DNA from: Longimicrobiales bacterium
GTDB lineage: Bacteria; Gemmatimonadota; Gemmatimonadetes; Longimicrobiales; Gaopeijiaceae
DNA length: 64,000 nt
Direction of reading: 5' to 3'
Assembly (NCBI GenBank): GCA_963422615.1
Contig: OY730414.1
Coordinates: 496,001-560,000, forward strand
The position numbers were made by a program, and so were the translations under genes. The notes beneath the pieces are model-generated. The model worked only from the letters and a program-made list of their open reading frames with translations, ran no database searches and was not told where the DNA came from. Shown piece after piece: positions 52,984 to 61,377 of this stretch. Each line of letters starts with the position of its first letter. The stretch's first letter is position 1.

Positions 52984-53592
52984 TCAAAAGGGCCAGCGCG
53001 TGACCGCCAACAGCCCCGCGGTCACGCCGACTGCGGCGGACAGGAGCTCCGGCCAGGCCTTGGGCATCCTGGGCACGCGCATGGCGACGTAGGCCAGGCC
53101 GAGCCCCGCCGCCACGACCAGGAGCTGGGCGATCTCCAGGCCGATATTGAAGGACAGGAGGGGGATGACGAGGCTCCTGTCGCCGCCCAGGGCAAGCCGG
53201 AGAAAGCGGGAAAAGCCGAGTCCGTGGATGACGCCGAAAAGAAGGACGGCGGCGTACCGGAAACCTTTGCCGACGAAAGGGGGAGGATGGACGGAAGCCG
53301 TGGATGGGGTCCGAAGGGCGGATTCTGGGGCAGCGAGGTTCATCCCGGCAGCCGCCACGATGGTGAGAAGAATGAAGAACTCCACGAGTTCCGGGCGGAC
53401 CCGCACCCAGCCGGCGGTAGCGAGGGCCAGAGAAAGTGAGTGTCCGACCGTAAACGCCGTGACGAGAACGAGAAGCTCCCGCCACCGGGCGGGGGGGCAC
53501 GCGGCACAAAGCACAGCGAGGAACAGGATGTGATCGTACGCCTCGGGATCCAGAAGATGCTCGAAACCGAGAAAAAAGTAGGCGCCGAACAC
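52984..53592 (-). CDS. HupE/UreJ-family membrane protein
   Basis: LGFEHLL...YDHILFL, VTAFTVGHSLSLAL, FGVIHGLGF, LLSFNIGLEIAQL. Confidence 0.9.
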   Translation of the reverse strand: MFGAYFFLGFEHLLDPEAYDHILFLAVLCAACPPARWRELLVLVTAFTVGHSLSLALATAGWVRVRPELVEFFILLTIVAAAGMNLAAPESALRTPSTASVHPPPFVGKGFRYAAVLLFGVIHGLGFSRFLRLALGGDRSLVIPLLSFNIGLEIAQLLVVAAGLGLAYVAMRVPRMPKAWPELLSAAVGVTAGLLAVTRWPF

Positions 53593-53595
53593 CCT

Positions 53596-54849
53596 TCAGC
53601 TCCGCGTGCTGCCTCGAGTCCTCCTGCCCAACCAGGCGAACACGGCGGACCACAGGAGCCAGGAGAGCCGTTCCCGCAGGCTGAGCATTCGAAAATGCTC
53701 CCACAAGAGCCAAGGCACGGTCACGGCCAGGCGAAAAACCGACCCCTCGTGATAGGGCATCCTGCGCTCGATCACCGTAACGGCTTCCCGGCGGTCCCTG
53801 TGGAGAATCGCTTCGAGGGCACTGCTCAAGTCCGACGTCGTCATGTTCCGCCACCCCGGAACTCGAAGCACGCTCCACGCAACGGCGGTTCGGCCCCAGC
53901 CGTGGATGTTGGCGCCAGCAACCACGGCCAGATCCATGGAGTCGGCGAGGGCCAGGATCTCGCTCCACTCCGCCCGACCCTGCTCCAGGCCGCGGGGGGC
54001 GCCGTCATTCAGCTCCACGCCGATCACTCCTGCCGGGAAGTCCGGCGTGAACGGGACAATCTGGTCCAAGGGACCGGGGATCGTGTACAACATGGCGGGC
54101 GCCGGCCCACCCCTGAGGTACGCCGCCGAAATGGAGTCGGTGTTCAGGTAATGCCATGTGCTGTCCAGGGCGAAGGCGTACCGGGTGTGGTCCCCCAGAA
54201 CGTTGGTGTGCCGTCCCCGGAGCCGTAATTCCGCGCCGCTCAGCAGCACGGTCCCTTCCCCGGCGGTGGGCGGATTGTCGGGGGCTGCGTCGTCCACGCC
54301 TGCCCACGTGTAGTGATCGGTAATGTAGGCGGCGTTGAAGCCCCCTCCTTCGTGCCACCCCCGGTTCCGCGCAGCCGTGAATCGACTCCAGCCATCGTGG
54401 GAATGGTTCGTGTGGGAGTGAAAGTTGACGGCGAGAAGGTCGGGCTCCCCAAGGACGATTCCCGTCATCGGGCGGGGCAGGAGAATTCCGCCGGCGTAGA
54501 ATCCCAGGAGAAGGAGCAGCGCCCCCAGACCCCGGATCCCCTCAGCCCAGGCCCTGCGAAAAAATCCACCCCTGCGCCGGGACGTGAGCCGCCAAAGGAT
54601 ATGGACGCAGAGGAACGTTCCCAGCACGGCGTAGTGCTGGCTGAGCGTAAGGACGGACAGGCTGTCCCAAAGTCCGAACAGGGGGGCGCCCAAGAGGTAG
54701 AACAGGGGCTGGTCCATTCGGGCAAAGGGAACCGCCGTGCGGGTGGCGGCATCCTGAAGGACGGGAACGGCGAAGAGGGTCGACAGGACGACCAGAGCGG
54801 CGGCCGCAGCGGACCCCGCGAGAACGCGATTGGGGCGAGGGGATCTCAT
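53596..54849 (-). CDS. Membrane-anchored PHP-domain metallophosphoesterase-like protein
   Basis: N-terminal TM helices, then NFHSHTNHSHDG, YITDH, GAE, H, GANIHG. Start set at ATG 54849. Confidence 0.8.
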   Translation of the reverse strand: MRSPRPNRVLAGSAAAAALVVLSTLFAVPVLQDAATRTAVPFARMDQPLFYLLGAPLFGLWDSLSVLTLSQHYAVLGTFLCVHILWRLTSRRRGGFFRRAWAEGIRGLGALLLLLGFYAGGILLPRPMTGIVLGEPDLLAVNFHSHTNHSHDGWSRFTAARNRGWHEGGGFNAAYITDHYTWAGVDDAAPDNPPTAGEGTVLLSGAELRLRGRHTNVLGDHTRYAFALDSTWHYLNTDSISAAYLRGGPAPAMLYTIPGPLDQIVPFTPDFPAGVIGVELNDGAPRGLEQGRAEWSEILALADSMDLAVVAGANIHGWGRTAVAWSVLRVPGWRNMTTSDLSSALEAILHRDRREAVTVIERRMPYHEGSVFRLAVTVPWLLWEHFRMLSLRERLSWLLWSAVFAWLGRRTRGSTRS

Positions 54850-54964
54850 GGATCCCCGTAGGCGGGCATGTCGACGCAACGGGCCTTCGCGCGATTCCCT
54901 CTCGCACCCCGCCCCGGGCACCGAAGGCGATCAGAAGGATCGCCGGTGTCTTCGATCTGCCGTT

Positions 54965-57253
54965 TCATCGAACGAACGCGTGGGAATACTTGGCCATGAT
55001 CGTGCGTCCCGCCGACAATGGCCTCCGGGGCCCCGGGCTCATAGACCGCTCGTGGTTCAGCCCTTCGTTGTACACGATCCAGAGGTCGGTCCCTTCCCTG
55101 AAGTGATAGCGGAAGCGCACGTTGAAGCTGGTTTGGTCCGTTGCCCCGTTGTACTGCATCAGGGTGCTCACCGATGCCCGGGGGTCGAGAGCCGCTTGTA
55201 TCTTCAGGCGCCCGAGGTGAGCCGTTGCGGTTGCATCCCGGTCCGAAAAGTCCAGTCGGTTGACCTCGTATCCGCCGCCCAGCTCCAAGTGCCTGGATAC
55301 ATTCCATGCCGGATTCAGGGCGACCCCGAGGCGCGTGCCCCCGTAGAAGCTACCGGCCGATCCGCCGAATTCGCCTCGAAACACGTCGCTCCGCGCCAGC
55401 GTGAGCATGATGTTTCCTTCATGGAACCAGTACTCCCCGGGGGGAATGTAGAGGTCCGAAACCGGAAACGAATCGCGCACGCTTTCGAAGCTGGAGGTGA
55501 CCCCGGCCGTCAGGCGAGCCCCGCCCTTGAACTCGAAGACCGCCTCGGGCGTGATCTCCCTGGACTCGGCGGTACCGTCGGCGTTTCGGAAGTATTGAGC
55601 GGTTCTGAAGTTGACGGCCCGGGACCTGAGAGGGGACGCGGCGTTTCGAAATTGTCTATGCCGAAGTTGGGCACCGCCGAAGGTATAGTCCTTGCGGAGC
55701 TGGAATCCGAGACCCGGCAGGTAGTCGAGGCCGACCCGTGCCACCTCTCCGTAGTAAGAAATCCCTTCGTCCCTTCGCCTCTCCCACCGGGCTCTCAGCA
55801 GGCCCGATTCCAGTCCGCCAACCTGCTGGGCGGCCTCGTCGAAGGTGTGGGCCCATTGAACGAGAAGATACTCATCCCCCACCACCCTCAGAACGGCGTC
55901 CAGTCCGTATGCGGCGTTGTCCCTGCCGTGAGAGCCCAGGCGGGTGGTGAGCATTCCGCCCAGGGTGGAATAGGCGTTGAGGACCTGCTGGCGCAATCGC
56001 ACGACCCCCAAGTTTTCTGACGACCGGTCCCCCTGTGCCGCAGTCTGCATGTTCAAGAAACCGAAATCCGTGCCGCCCACCCTTCCCACCCCCCGGGCAC
56101 CCCCGTAAATGCGAACGATCTCGCCCCGGTTCAGCCCGATCTGACGGCTGTGGAAGAGTCGGTTGAAGAACCCGCCCGTGTTGAAGTCGAAGGTCGATGC
56201 GCGTTCCTGGAAGAACTGTCGTTTGTCCGGGAAGAACAGGGCAAAGCGGGTCAGGTTGATTTGCTGGTCGTCGGCTTCGACCTGGGCAAAGTCCGTATTC
56301 ACCGTCAGGTCCAGGGCAAGATTCGAGGTCGGGGAATACTTGAGGCCGATCCCCGCTTCGGCCACGGGATCCCGGTCCGTCCGCCACGCTGCTTCCGTTA
56401 CCCCGGGGGGTTCGGCCAGGGCCGGTCTCTGGTTGAAGCCTCCCAGGGTGTAGGGGGTCACGTAAAGGGGCTTGGACTGCCGCACACCCCGGAGAACGAC
56501 CCGCTGCGCCTGAGAGGGTTTAGCAAACCCCATTCCACCCCATTTCGGGTCGATGGCGGGGTAGATTTGGCGCTCGTTCTTCCGCGCGACAAGGCGGTAG
56601 CAGATCAGGCCCATCGTGACTTCCCCGTTCACGGCCTGGAAGCCCAGGGTCGAAAAAGGAATCCTGAACTCCGCGAACCATCCTTCGTCGTTTTGGCTCG
56701 TGGCCACATCCCAATAGGCGTTCCAGTCCGCGTTCATCGGCCTTCCCGAAGTGAACTGGGCGTCGTTGGACACGGTCCGGTCCTGCCTGACGCCGGCCGG
56801 GTTGGTTACGAACCACACCGCTGTCTCGTAGTCGTTATAGCTGTCGATAACCACGGCCAGGATGTCGTCGCCACTGTACTGGTCCCGATAGAACGTGTGG
56901 GTCCGGATCTGGTTGGGGTCGGAGTCGTACATCCGGCCCGACACATAGAGAAAACGGTCGTCGTGGGCGACCCGAACTTCTGTGGCTTCGGTAAGGGCGC
57001 CGCCGAAGTTGGGCGTGTACATGGTCATGACAAGGGGCTCAATTTCGCCCCAGGCAGGTTCGTCCACGATCCCGTCCAGTTCAATTTCCCCGGAAAGCCT
57101 GGGAATGGACACGACCGTACCGGAAGCAGGGGGAGCGGAAGGTGCTTGTGCCTGGAGGGTGCCCGCGGCCACAAGCCCCAGGAGAACTGCCTTCCGAGCC
57201 GTTCGGCAACGGTTATCCACACCCGGCGACAACCTCAATCCATAGGTTTTCAC
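54965..57253 (-). CDS. CBM9-like / DUF5916 outer-membrane protein
   Basis: LDG.VDEPAW, GWFAEFRIPFSTL.F, DLTVNTDFAQVEAD...NLTRF.LFFP.KR.FF.E, C-terminal K.S..F. Start uncertain (GTG 57253 or 57325). Confidence 0.87.
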   Translation of the reverse strand: MKTYGLRLSPGVDNRCRTARKAVLLGLVAAGTLQAQAPSAPPASGTVVSIPRLSGEIELDGIVDEPAWGEIEPLVMTMYTPNFGGALTEATEVRVAHDDRFLYVSGRMYDSDPNQIRTHTFYRDQYSGDDILAVVIDSYNDYETAVWFVTNPAGVRQDRTVSNDAQFTSGRPMNADWNAYWDVATSQNDEGWFAEFRIPFSTLGFQAVNGEVTMGLICYRLVARKNERQIYPAIDPKWGGMGFAKPSQAQRVVLRGVRQSKPLYVTPYTLGGFNQRPALAEPPGVTEAAWRTDRDPVAEAGIGLKYSPTSNLALDLTVNTDFAQVEADDQQINLTRFALFFPDKRQFFQERASTFDFNTGGFFNRLFHSRQIGLNRGEIVRIYGGARGVGRVGGTDFGFLNMQTAAQGDRSSENLGVVRLRQQVLNAYSTLGGMLTTRLGSHGRDNAAYGLDAVLRVVGDEYLLVQWAHTFDEAAQQVGGLESGLLRARWERRRDEGISYYGEVARVGLDYLPGLGFQLRKDYTFGGAQLRHRQFRNAASPLRSRAVNFRTAQYFRNADGTAESREITPEAVFEFKGGARLTAGVTSSFESVRDSFPVSDLYIPPGEYWFHEGNIMLTLARSDVFRGEFGGSAGSFYGGTRLGVALNPAWNVSRHLELGGGYEVNRLDFSDRDATATAHLGRLKIQAALDPRASVSTLMQYNGATDQTSFNVRFRYHFREGTDLWIVYNEGLNHERSMSPGPRRPLSAGRTIMAKYSHAFVR

Positions 57254-57499
57254 GGCATTCCCGGCTCGAAGGACAAGTGCCACCCCCACGTCAAGCAACG
57301 GATAAGGTAATCCGATCCGGTCCACGACCCAGAAGCGCTCGCTCCAAAGAAAGCTGCCCGCAAGGTCGTGACGCCGTGGGTGTTTGCCGCGGTAGGAACG
57401 TCAAAAGCTGTCGGTGGGACGAGCACTAATATCTAAGTCCCGAAGCGGCGATAAGCGAAGATTTCCCGGCGCCGTCCGATCTTTCTCCTAACTTTCTAG

Positions 57500-57528
57500 T
57501 TGACATGTCCGGGGGATGTCCCCATCTT
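57500..57528 (+). promoter_or_regulatory. Putative sigma-70 promoter for the blaI-like operon
   Basis: TTGACA (57500-57505), 17-bp spacer, CATCTT (57523-57528). Confidence 0.55.
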
Positions 57529-57546
57529 CTCCTAAGAGATTAGGAG
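57529..57546. promoter_or_regulatory. Putative operator of the BlaI-family repressor
   Basis: Perfect inverted repeat CTCCTAA-GAGA-TTAGGAG immediately after the -10; partial second copy CTCCTAA-CTTT-CTAGTTG at 57485-57502 overlapping the -35. Confidence 0.65.
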
Positions 57547-57640
57547 CTAGGAGTCGTTGGGGTGTTCCAAGATTCCGCGGAGCTCCTCATGACGGGCACT
57601 GCCGGGAACCATGCGGACGATTCGAAACGAAACCATACGT

Positions 57641-58048
57641 ATGAACTTCCCGAGGACGGAGGAGACGGCTTTGGAGAGGACACTGACCAAACGAGAGATG
57701 GACGTCATGGCCGTTCTGTGGGATTTGGGATCGGCCACGGTCGCTGAGGTCACCGCCCGCCTGGAGGACGACTTGGCGTACAATACAGTCCTGACCGTCC
57801 TCCGGATTCTGGAAGAGAAGGGTTTCGCGGGCCACACCAAGGAAGGCCGAGCCCACCGCTTCCTTCCCCTCTTGGGGCGGGAAGAGGTGGGACGATCCGT
57901 TCTTGGTCGGCTTAGGGACAAGGTCTTCTCCGGGTCCGCGGAGCTCCTCATGACCCACCTTGTATCGAACGAAGAACTTTTACCGGAAGCCGTCAGAAGG
58001 CTTCGGAAGCTGCTGGACCAACGCCTTGAAAGGGAGGAAGAAAAATGA
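57641..58048 (+). CDS. BlaI/MecI/CopY-family transcriptional repressor
   Basis: LTKREMDVMAVLW..GSATVAEV...LAYNTVLTVLRILEEKG...GRAHRF...VFSGS...L..HLV. Alternative start at 57611. Confidence 0.93.
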   Translation: MNFPRTEETALERTLTKREMDVMAVLWDLGSATVAEVTARLEDDLAYNTVLTVLRILEEKGFAGHTKEGRAHRFLPLLGREEVGRSVLGRLRDKVFSGSAELLMTHLVSNEELLPEAVRRLRKLLDQRLEREEEK

Positions 58049-59328
58049 TCGCTGCGTGGATGCTCTGGTCGATCGGAACGGGCTTGATGTTTCTGGTCGC
58101 GGGGTTAGCCGCCGAGAAGCTCCTCCCCCGGGGGCGACGCTGGGCGTGGGCGGCCGCTGGGGCCGGAGCGACGACGCTCCCGGTGGTACGATTCCTGCAA
58201 AACGGCAGCGGAGCCGAGAGCGCGGCACTGGCCGGGCGGCCGGTCTCCCTGGAGCCTCTGACGGTCACTGTCACCGGAGATTCGGCCCTTCACTCCCTGG
58301 ACGACATGTTGCTCCTGGGGTGGGCAGTGCTGTCTGCCCTCCTCCTCATCGCCGCCCTGTTGGCGGGTGCTCGGCTCCTGTGGCTTCGCCGATCGTGGCA
58401 AGCCGGATCCCTTCTGGGCCGGGAGGTGCTGTGGTCTCGGGACGCAGGACCCGCCGTGGTGGGGCTCGCCAGGCCACGCATCGTGCTCCCCGCATGGGTG
58501 CGGGGGACCACCACCGAACGGCAGGAGCTGATCCTGGCTCACGAGGAAGAACACGTACGAGCGAAGGACGTCCAATTCCGGTTTCTGGCCATCCTGCCGC
58601 TGCTCGCCTTTCCTTGGAACCCGGTGCTCTGGTTCCAGTACCGCCGCCTGAACCTGGCGGTGGAACTGGACTGCGACCGCCGGGTCATAGCCCGGATGCC
58701 CGGCCGCCGACGCCTCTACGGCACCCTGTTGCTGCATGTGGGAAGTCGGCGCAGAGGCCCTTCGGGCCTGGCGTTTGCGGCGCTGGCCGAGCAGCGTTCG
58801 TTCCTGGAGCGCCGGATCCGGGACCTGTTGCGGAAGGCTCCAGAAGTTCGCCTGGCCCAGGCGGCCTTCCTGCTGTTCTGCGCCCTGTTCGTTACAGGCA
58901 TTGCCGTGATAGTTCCCGGAATCACCCGCGAAGGCGCCACTCCCGCCGACGATTCAGGGGAGCGCATCGGAGCAGAAGCGGCCGAGTCTACCGAGGCCGC
59001 CAAAATCGACGTCTCCGCGAAGCCAGCGTTTACTCCCTTCACTGTGGCACCCGCCTTTGCAAATATCGCCGAAGTGCGCCAGGCACTGGAACGGGAGTAC
59101 CCGCCGCTGCTCCGGGACGCAGGGATCGGGGGCACCGTCCAAGTCTGGTTCTTCATCGACGAGAACGGCAAGGTTACGAAACAGAGTGTGAACAAGAGTT
59201 CGGGTCATACGGCTTTGGACGAAGCGGCCCTCCGGGTCGCACCCGTGTTCACGTTCACGCCGGCCCTGAACCGGGACAAGAAGGTGTCGGTCTGGGTCTC
59301 CTTGCCCATCACGTTCACCACGCGATGA
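58045..59328 (+). CDS. M56 (BlaR1-like) membrane metallopeptidase fused to a C-terminal TonB domain
   Basis: GPAVVG..RPRIVLP.W, LAHEEEH, PWNP.LW, ELDCDRRV, Y..LL, LERRI; C-terminal YPPLLRDAGIGGTV.V.F.IDENG...SSG...LDEAAL......FTPA. Confidence 0.92.
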   Translation: MIAAWMLWSIGTGLMFLVAGLAAEKLLPRGRRWAWAAAGAGATTLPVVRFLQNGSGAESAALAGRPVSLEPLTVTVTGDSALHSLDDMLLLGWAVLSALLLIAALLAGARLLWLRRSWQAGSLLGREVLWSRDAGPAVVGLARPRIVLPAWVRGTTTERQELILAHEEEHVRAKDVQFRFLAILPLLAFPWNPVLWFQYRRLNLAVELDCDRRVIARMPGRRRLYGTLLLHVGSRRRGPSGLAFAALAEQRSFLERRIRDLLRKAPEVRLAQAAFLLFCALFVTGIAVIVPGITREGATPADDSGERIGAEAAESTEAAKIDVSAKPAFTPFTVAPAFANIAEVRQALEREYPPLLRDAGIGGTVQVWFFIDENGKVTKQSVNKSSGHTALDEAALRVAPVFTFTPALNRDKKVSVWVSLPITFTTR

Positions 59329-59344
59329 GGGCTCCGCTCCCGGC

Positions 59345-60358
59345 ATGTCTTCCCCCTGCGAACCCCTTCGCGCGCCCCTAACCTTTTCGCCCCGTTTCAG
59401 GAAGTACGTTTGGGGGGGCCGCAACTTGAAGCGCCTCTTCGGCCGGGAGCTTCCCGATGGAGTGATCGCCGAAAGCTGGGAGATATCCGCGCACCCTGCG
59501 GCGCCCACCCTTGTGGACCATGGGCCTCTGGCCGGGCGTTCGCTGCCGAATCTCGTCGCCGATTACGGGGTGGGTCTCGTCGGGCGCCGGGGGGAACGGA
59601 CGGTTGGGCCCGGGAAGTTCCCCTTGCTCGTCAAGATTTTGGATGCCCACCAGGCCCTTTCCGTTCAGGTCCACCCGGACGATGCGTACGCCGGGGCGCA
59701 CCACCCGGGAGAGGTGGGAAAAACCGAGATGTGGTACGTACTTCACGCCACTCCCGGAGCCGAGATCATCTTCGGCTTGGCTGCCGGGACGGACGAGGCG
59801 GCCTTTCGGCGGGCCCTGGCCGAAGACCGGGTGAAGGATTGCCTGAACCGTGTGCCGGTTCGAGCCGGTGACTCGGTGCTGGTCCCCGCCGGAACCGTCC
59901 ACGCCGTTCTCCCCGGCATCGTCCTTGTGGAGGTACAGCAGAGCTCGGACATCACCTACCGCGTGTACGATTGGGGGCGGCGGGCCGGCTCCGCTGCCCC
60001 GCGGGAGCTGCACTTGGACAGGGCGATGGATGTCATCGATTTCGGGCGCGCCGGGACCGCCATCCGGGAGTGCCGCGTAATCGGGGAGGGGGGCGGGGTC
60101 CGGCGGGAGGTGATTGCCGAATGCGACGAATTCGTAGTGGAACGGATCGGCTTCGAGGCCGGCGCCGTCTTCGAAGCCGATCTGGACGGCGAGACCTTTG
60201 AAACATGGGGGGTGCTGTCGGGATCGGTTTCCCTTGCCACGAATGCCCCCCCACGGCAGCTGGATGGCGTCCGCTTCGCCCTGCTCCCCGCAGCCATGGG
60301 CGCGTTCGGAGTGACGGGAACGACCGCCGCCACCGCGCTGCGCATCTACCTGCCGTGA
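59345..60358 (+). CDS. manA: Class I mannose-6-phosphate isomerase
   Basis: YVWGG, AESWEISAHP, FPLLVKILDA...LSVQVHPDD, GKTEMWY, GTVHA, EVQQSSDITYRVYDW. Confidence 0.93.
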   Translation: MSSPCEPLRAPLTFSPRFRKYVWGGRNLKRLFGRELPDGVIAESWEISAHPAAPTLVDHGPLAGRSLPNLVADYGVGLVGRRGERTVGPGKFPLLVKILDAHQALSVQVHPDDAYAGAHHPGEVGKTEMWYVLHATPGAEIIFGLAAGTDEAAFRRALAEDRVKDCLNRVPVRAGDSVLVPAGTVHAVLPGIVLVEVQQSSDITYRVYDWGRRAGSAAPRELHLDRAMDVIDFGRAGTAIRECRVIGEGGGVRREVIAECDEFVVERIGFEAGAVFEADLDGETFETWGVLSGSVSLATNAPPRQLDGVRFALLPAAMGAFGVTGTTAATALRIYLP

Positions 60359-60391
60359 CGCCGCGCGAAGTGCTTTCGCCGCCACGGCCAG

Positions 60392-60464
60392 TGCCCCGCC
60401 AGGGACTCGAACCCCGAACCTGCCGATTAAGAGTCGGATGCTCTACCAGTTGAGCTAGCAGGGC
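60392..60464 (-). tRNA. tRNA-Lys(CTT), CCA not encoded
   Basis: Reverse complement GCCCTGC TA GCTC AACTGGTA GAGC A TCCGA CT-CTT-AA TCGGC AGGTT CGGGG TTCGAGT CCCTG GCGGGGC A folds as a 73-nt cloverleaf. Confidence 0.96.
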
Positions 60465-60559
60465 GCCACTTGCTGTGAATATACACTCATGGCCTAAAGT
60501 GTTGAAACCTCCGGGTGGGCGGCCACACGGACAGACCCCGAAGCTTGAGAGGGCGCCGA

Positions 60560-61129
60560 CTAACCGCCGGAACAGGCGGAGAGCTCCGGGTGGGCGGTCC
60601 AGGTGTCGAATTCTTCTCCCTCCGCCCGCAACTCCACACCGGTCGATTCCCCCGGCTGGAGATCCATGGGCTCGGTCGGACCCACTTCGGTTCCGGAGGA
60701 CAGATGGACTTCGACCCGAATGGCGCAGAGCACCTCCTGGGTGGTGTTCTCGACCGTCCCCACGAAAGCACTCTCCGCCGGATCGAAGGACAAGGTCAGC
60801 CTGATCCCCCGGCGGGTTTCGGTCCAGGTCTCTCCGGGTTGGATGTACTCACCCACCTCCTCGCCCGATCCGCCGTGCTCGCCGCCTTCTTCCCCGGACT
60901 CGCCGTGCCCCCGGCCACCCTCTTCCGCGGCGGGCTGGTGTTCGTCCTCCCCCCTGGCTTCGCCATCCTCGCTCCCGCCCTCCGCCTGCAAATCCGCTTC
61001 CTGTTCGATGCTCGCCTCCTCGTCCCCTGGGCCCGCATCCGCCCCCGGCTCGCCGGTGCAGGCACCGAAGCCGAGGGACACGACCACGACGGTAACGATC
61101 GGAACTCCGCCAACGATAGAGTTTTTCAT
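60560..61129 (-). CDS. Acidic hypothetical lipoprotein with Glu/Gly/His-rich linker and small Ig-like (FxLYD-like) domain
   Basis: Lipobox FGA-C; E/G/H-rich segment; F.GTVENTT...L..VEVHL...DL.PGES. Confidence 0.75.
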   Translation of the reverse strand: MKNSIVGGVPIVTVVVVSLGFGACTGEPGADAGPGDEEASIEQEADLQAEGGSEDGEARGEDEHQPAAEEGGRGHGESGEEGGEHGGSGEEVGEYIQPGETWTETRRGIRLTLSFDPAESAFVGTVENTTQEVLCAIRVEVHLSSGTEVGPTEPMDLQPGESTGVELRAEGEEFDTWTAHPELSACSGG

Positions 61130-61377
61130 TGGATTGACGCCCTACATTGTGTTGGGATTAACACCTGCCAGGGCGACGACTATAGGGCACTTGCGACTGT
61201 CGGCCCGGGCGGGTACGGTCCAAAATCGGAAGAAGAATGCTTATGTAACATCGGCTTCCTTTGCAAGCGTGCAGGCGCTAACGCGGGTCCTGGAGCCCCC
61301 TCTACTCGTACCTTAGATACGTTCCGTAGAATGCGTCTTCAGGACGCAAATTTTCCCCGGCCCTAACGACTAGGTTC

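Noticed and set aside
60392..60464. tRNA-Lys as an integration site for a genomic island
   Set aside because: No integrase and no duplicated tRNA 3' end seen; the gene beyond its 3' end is housekeeping manA.
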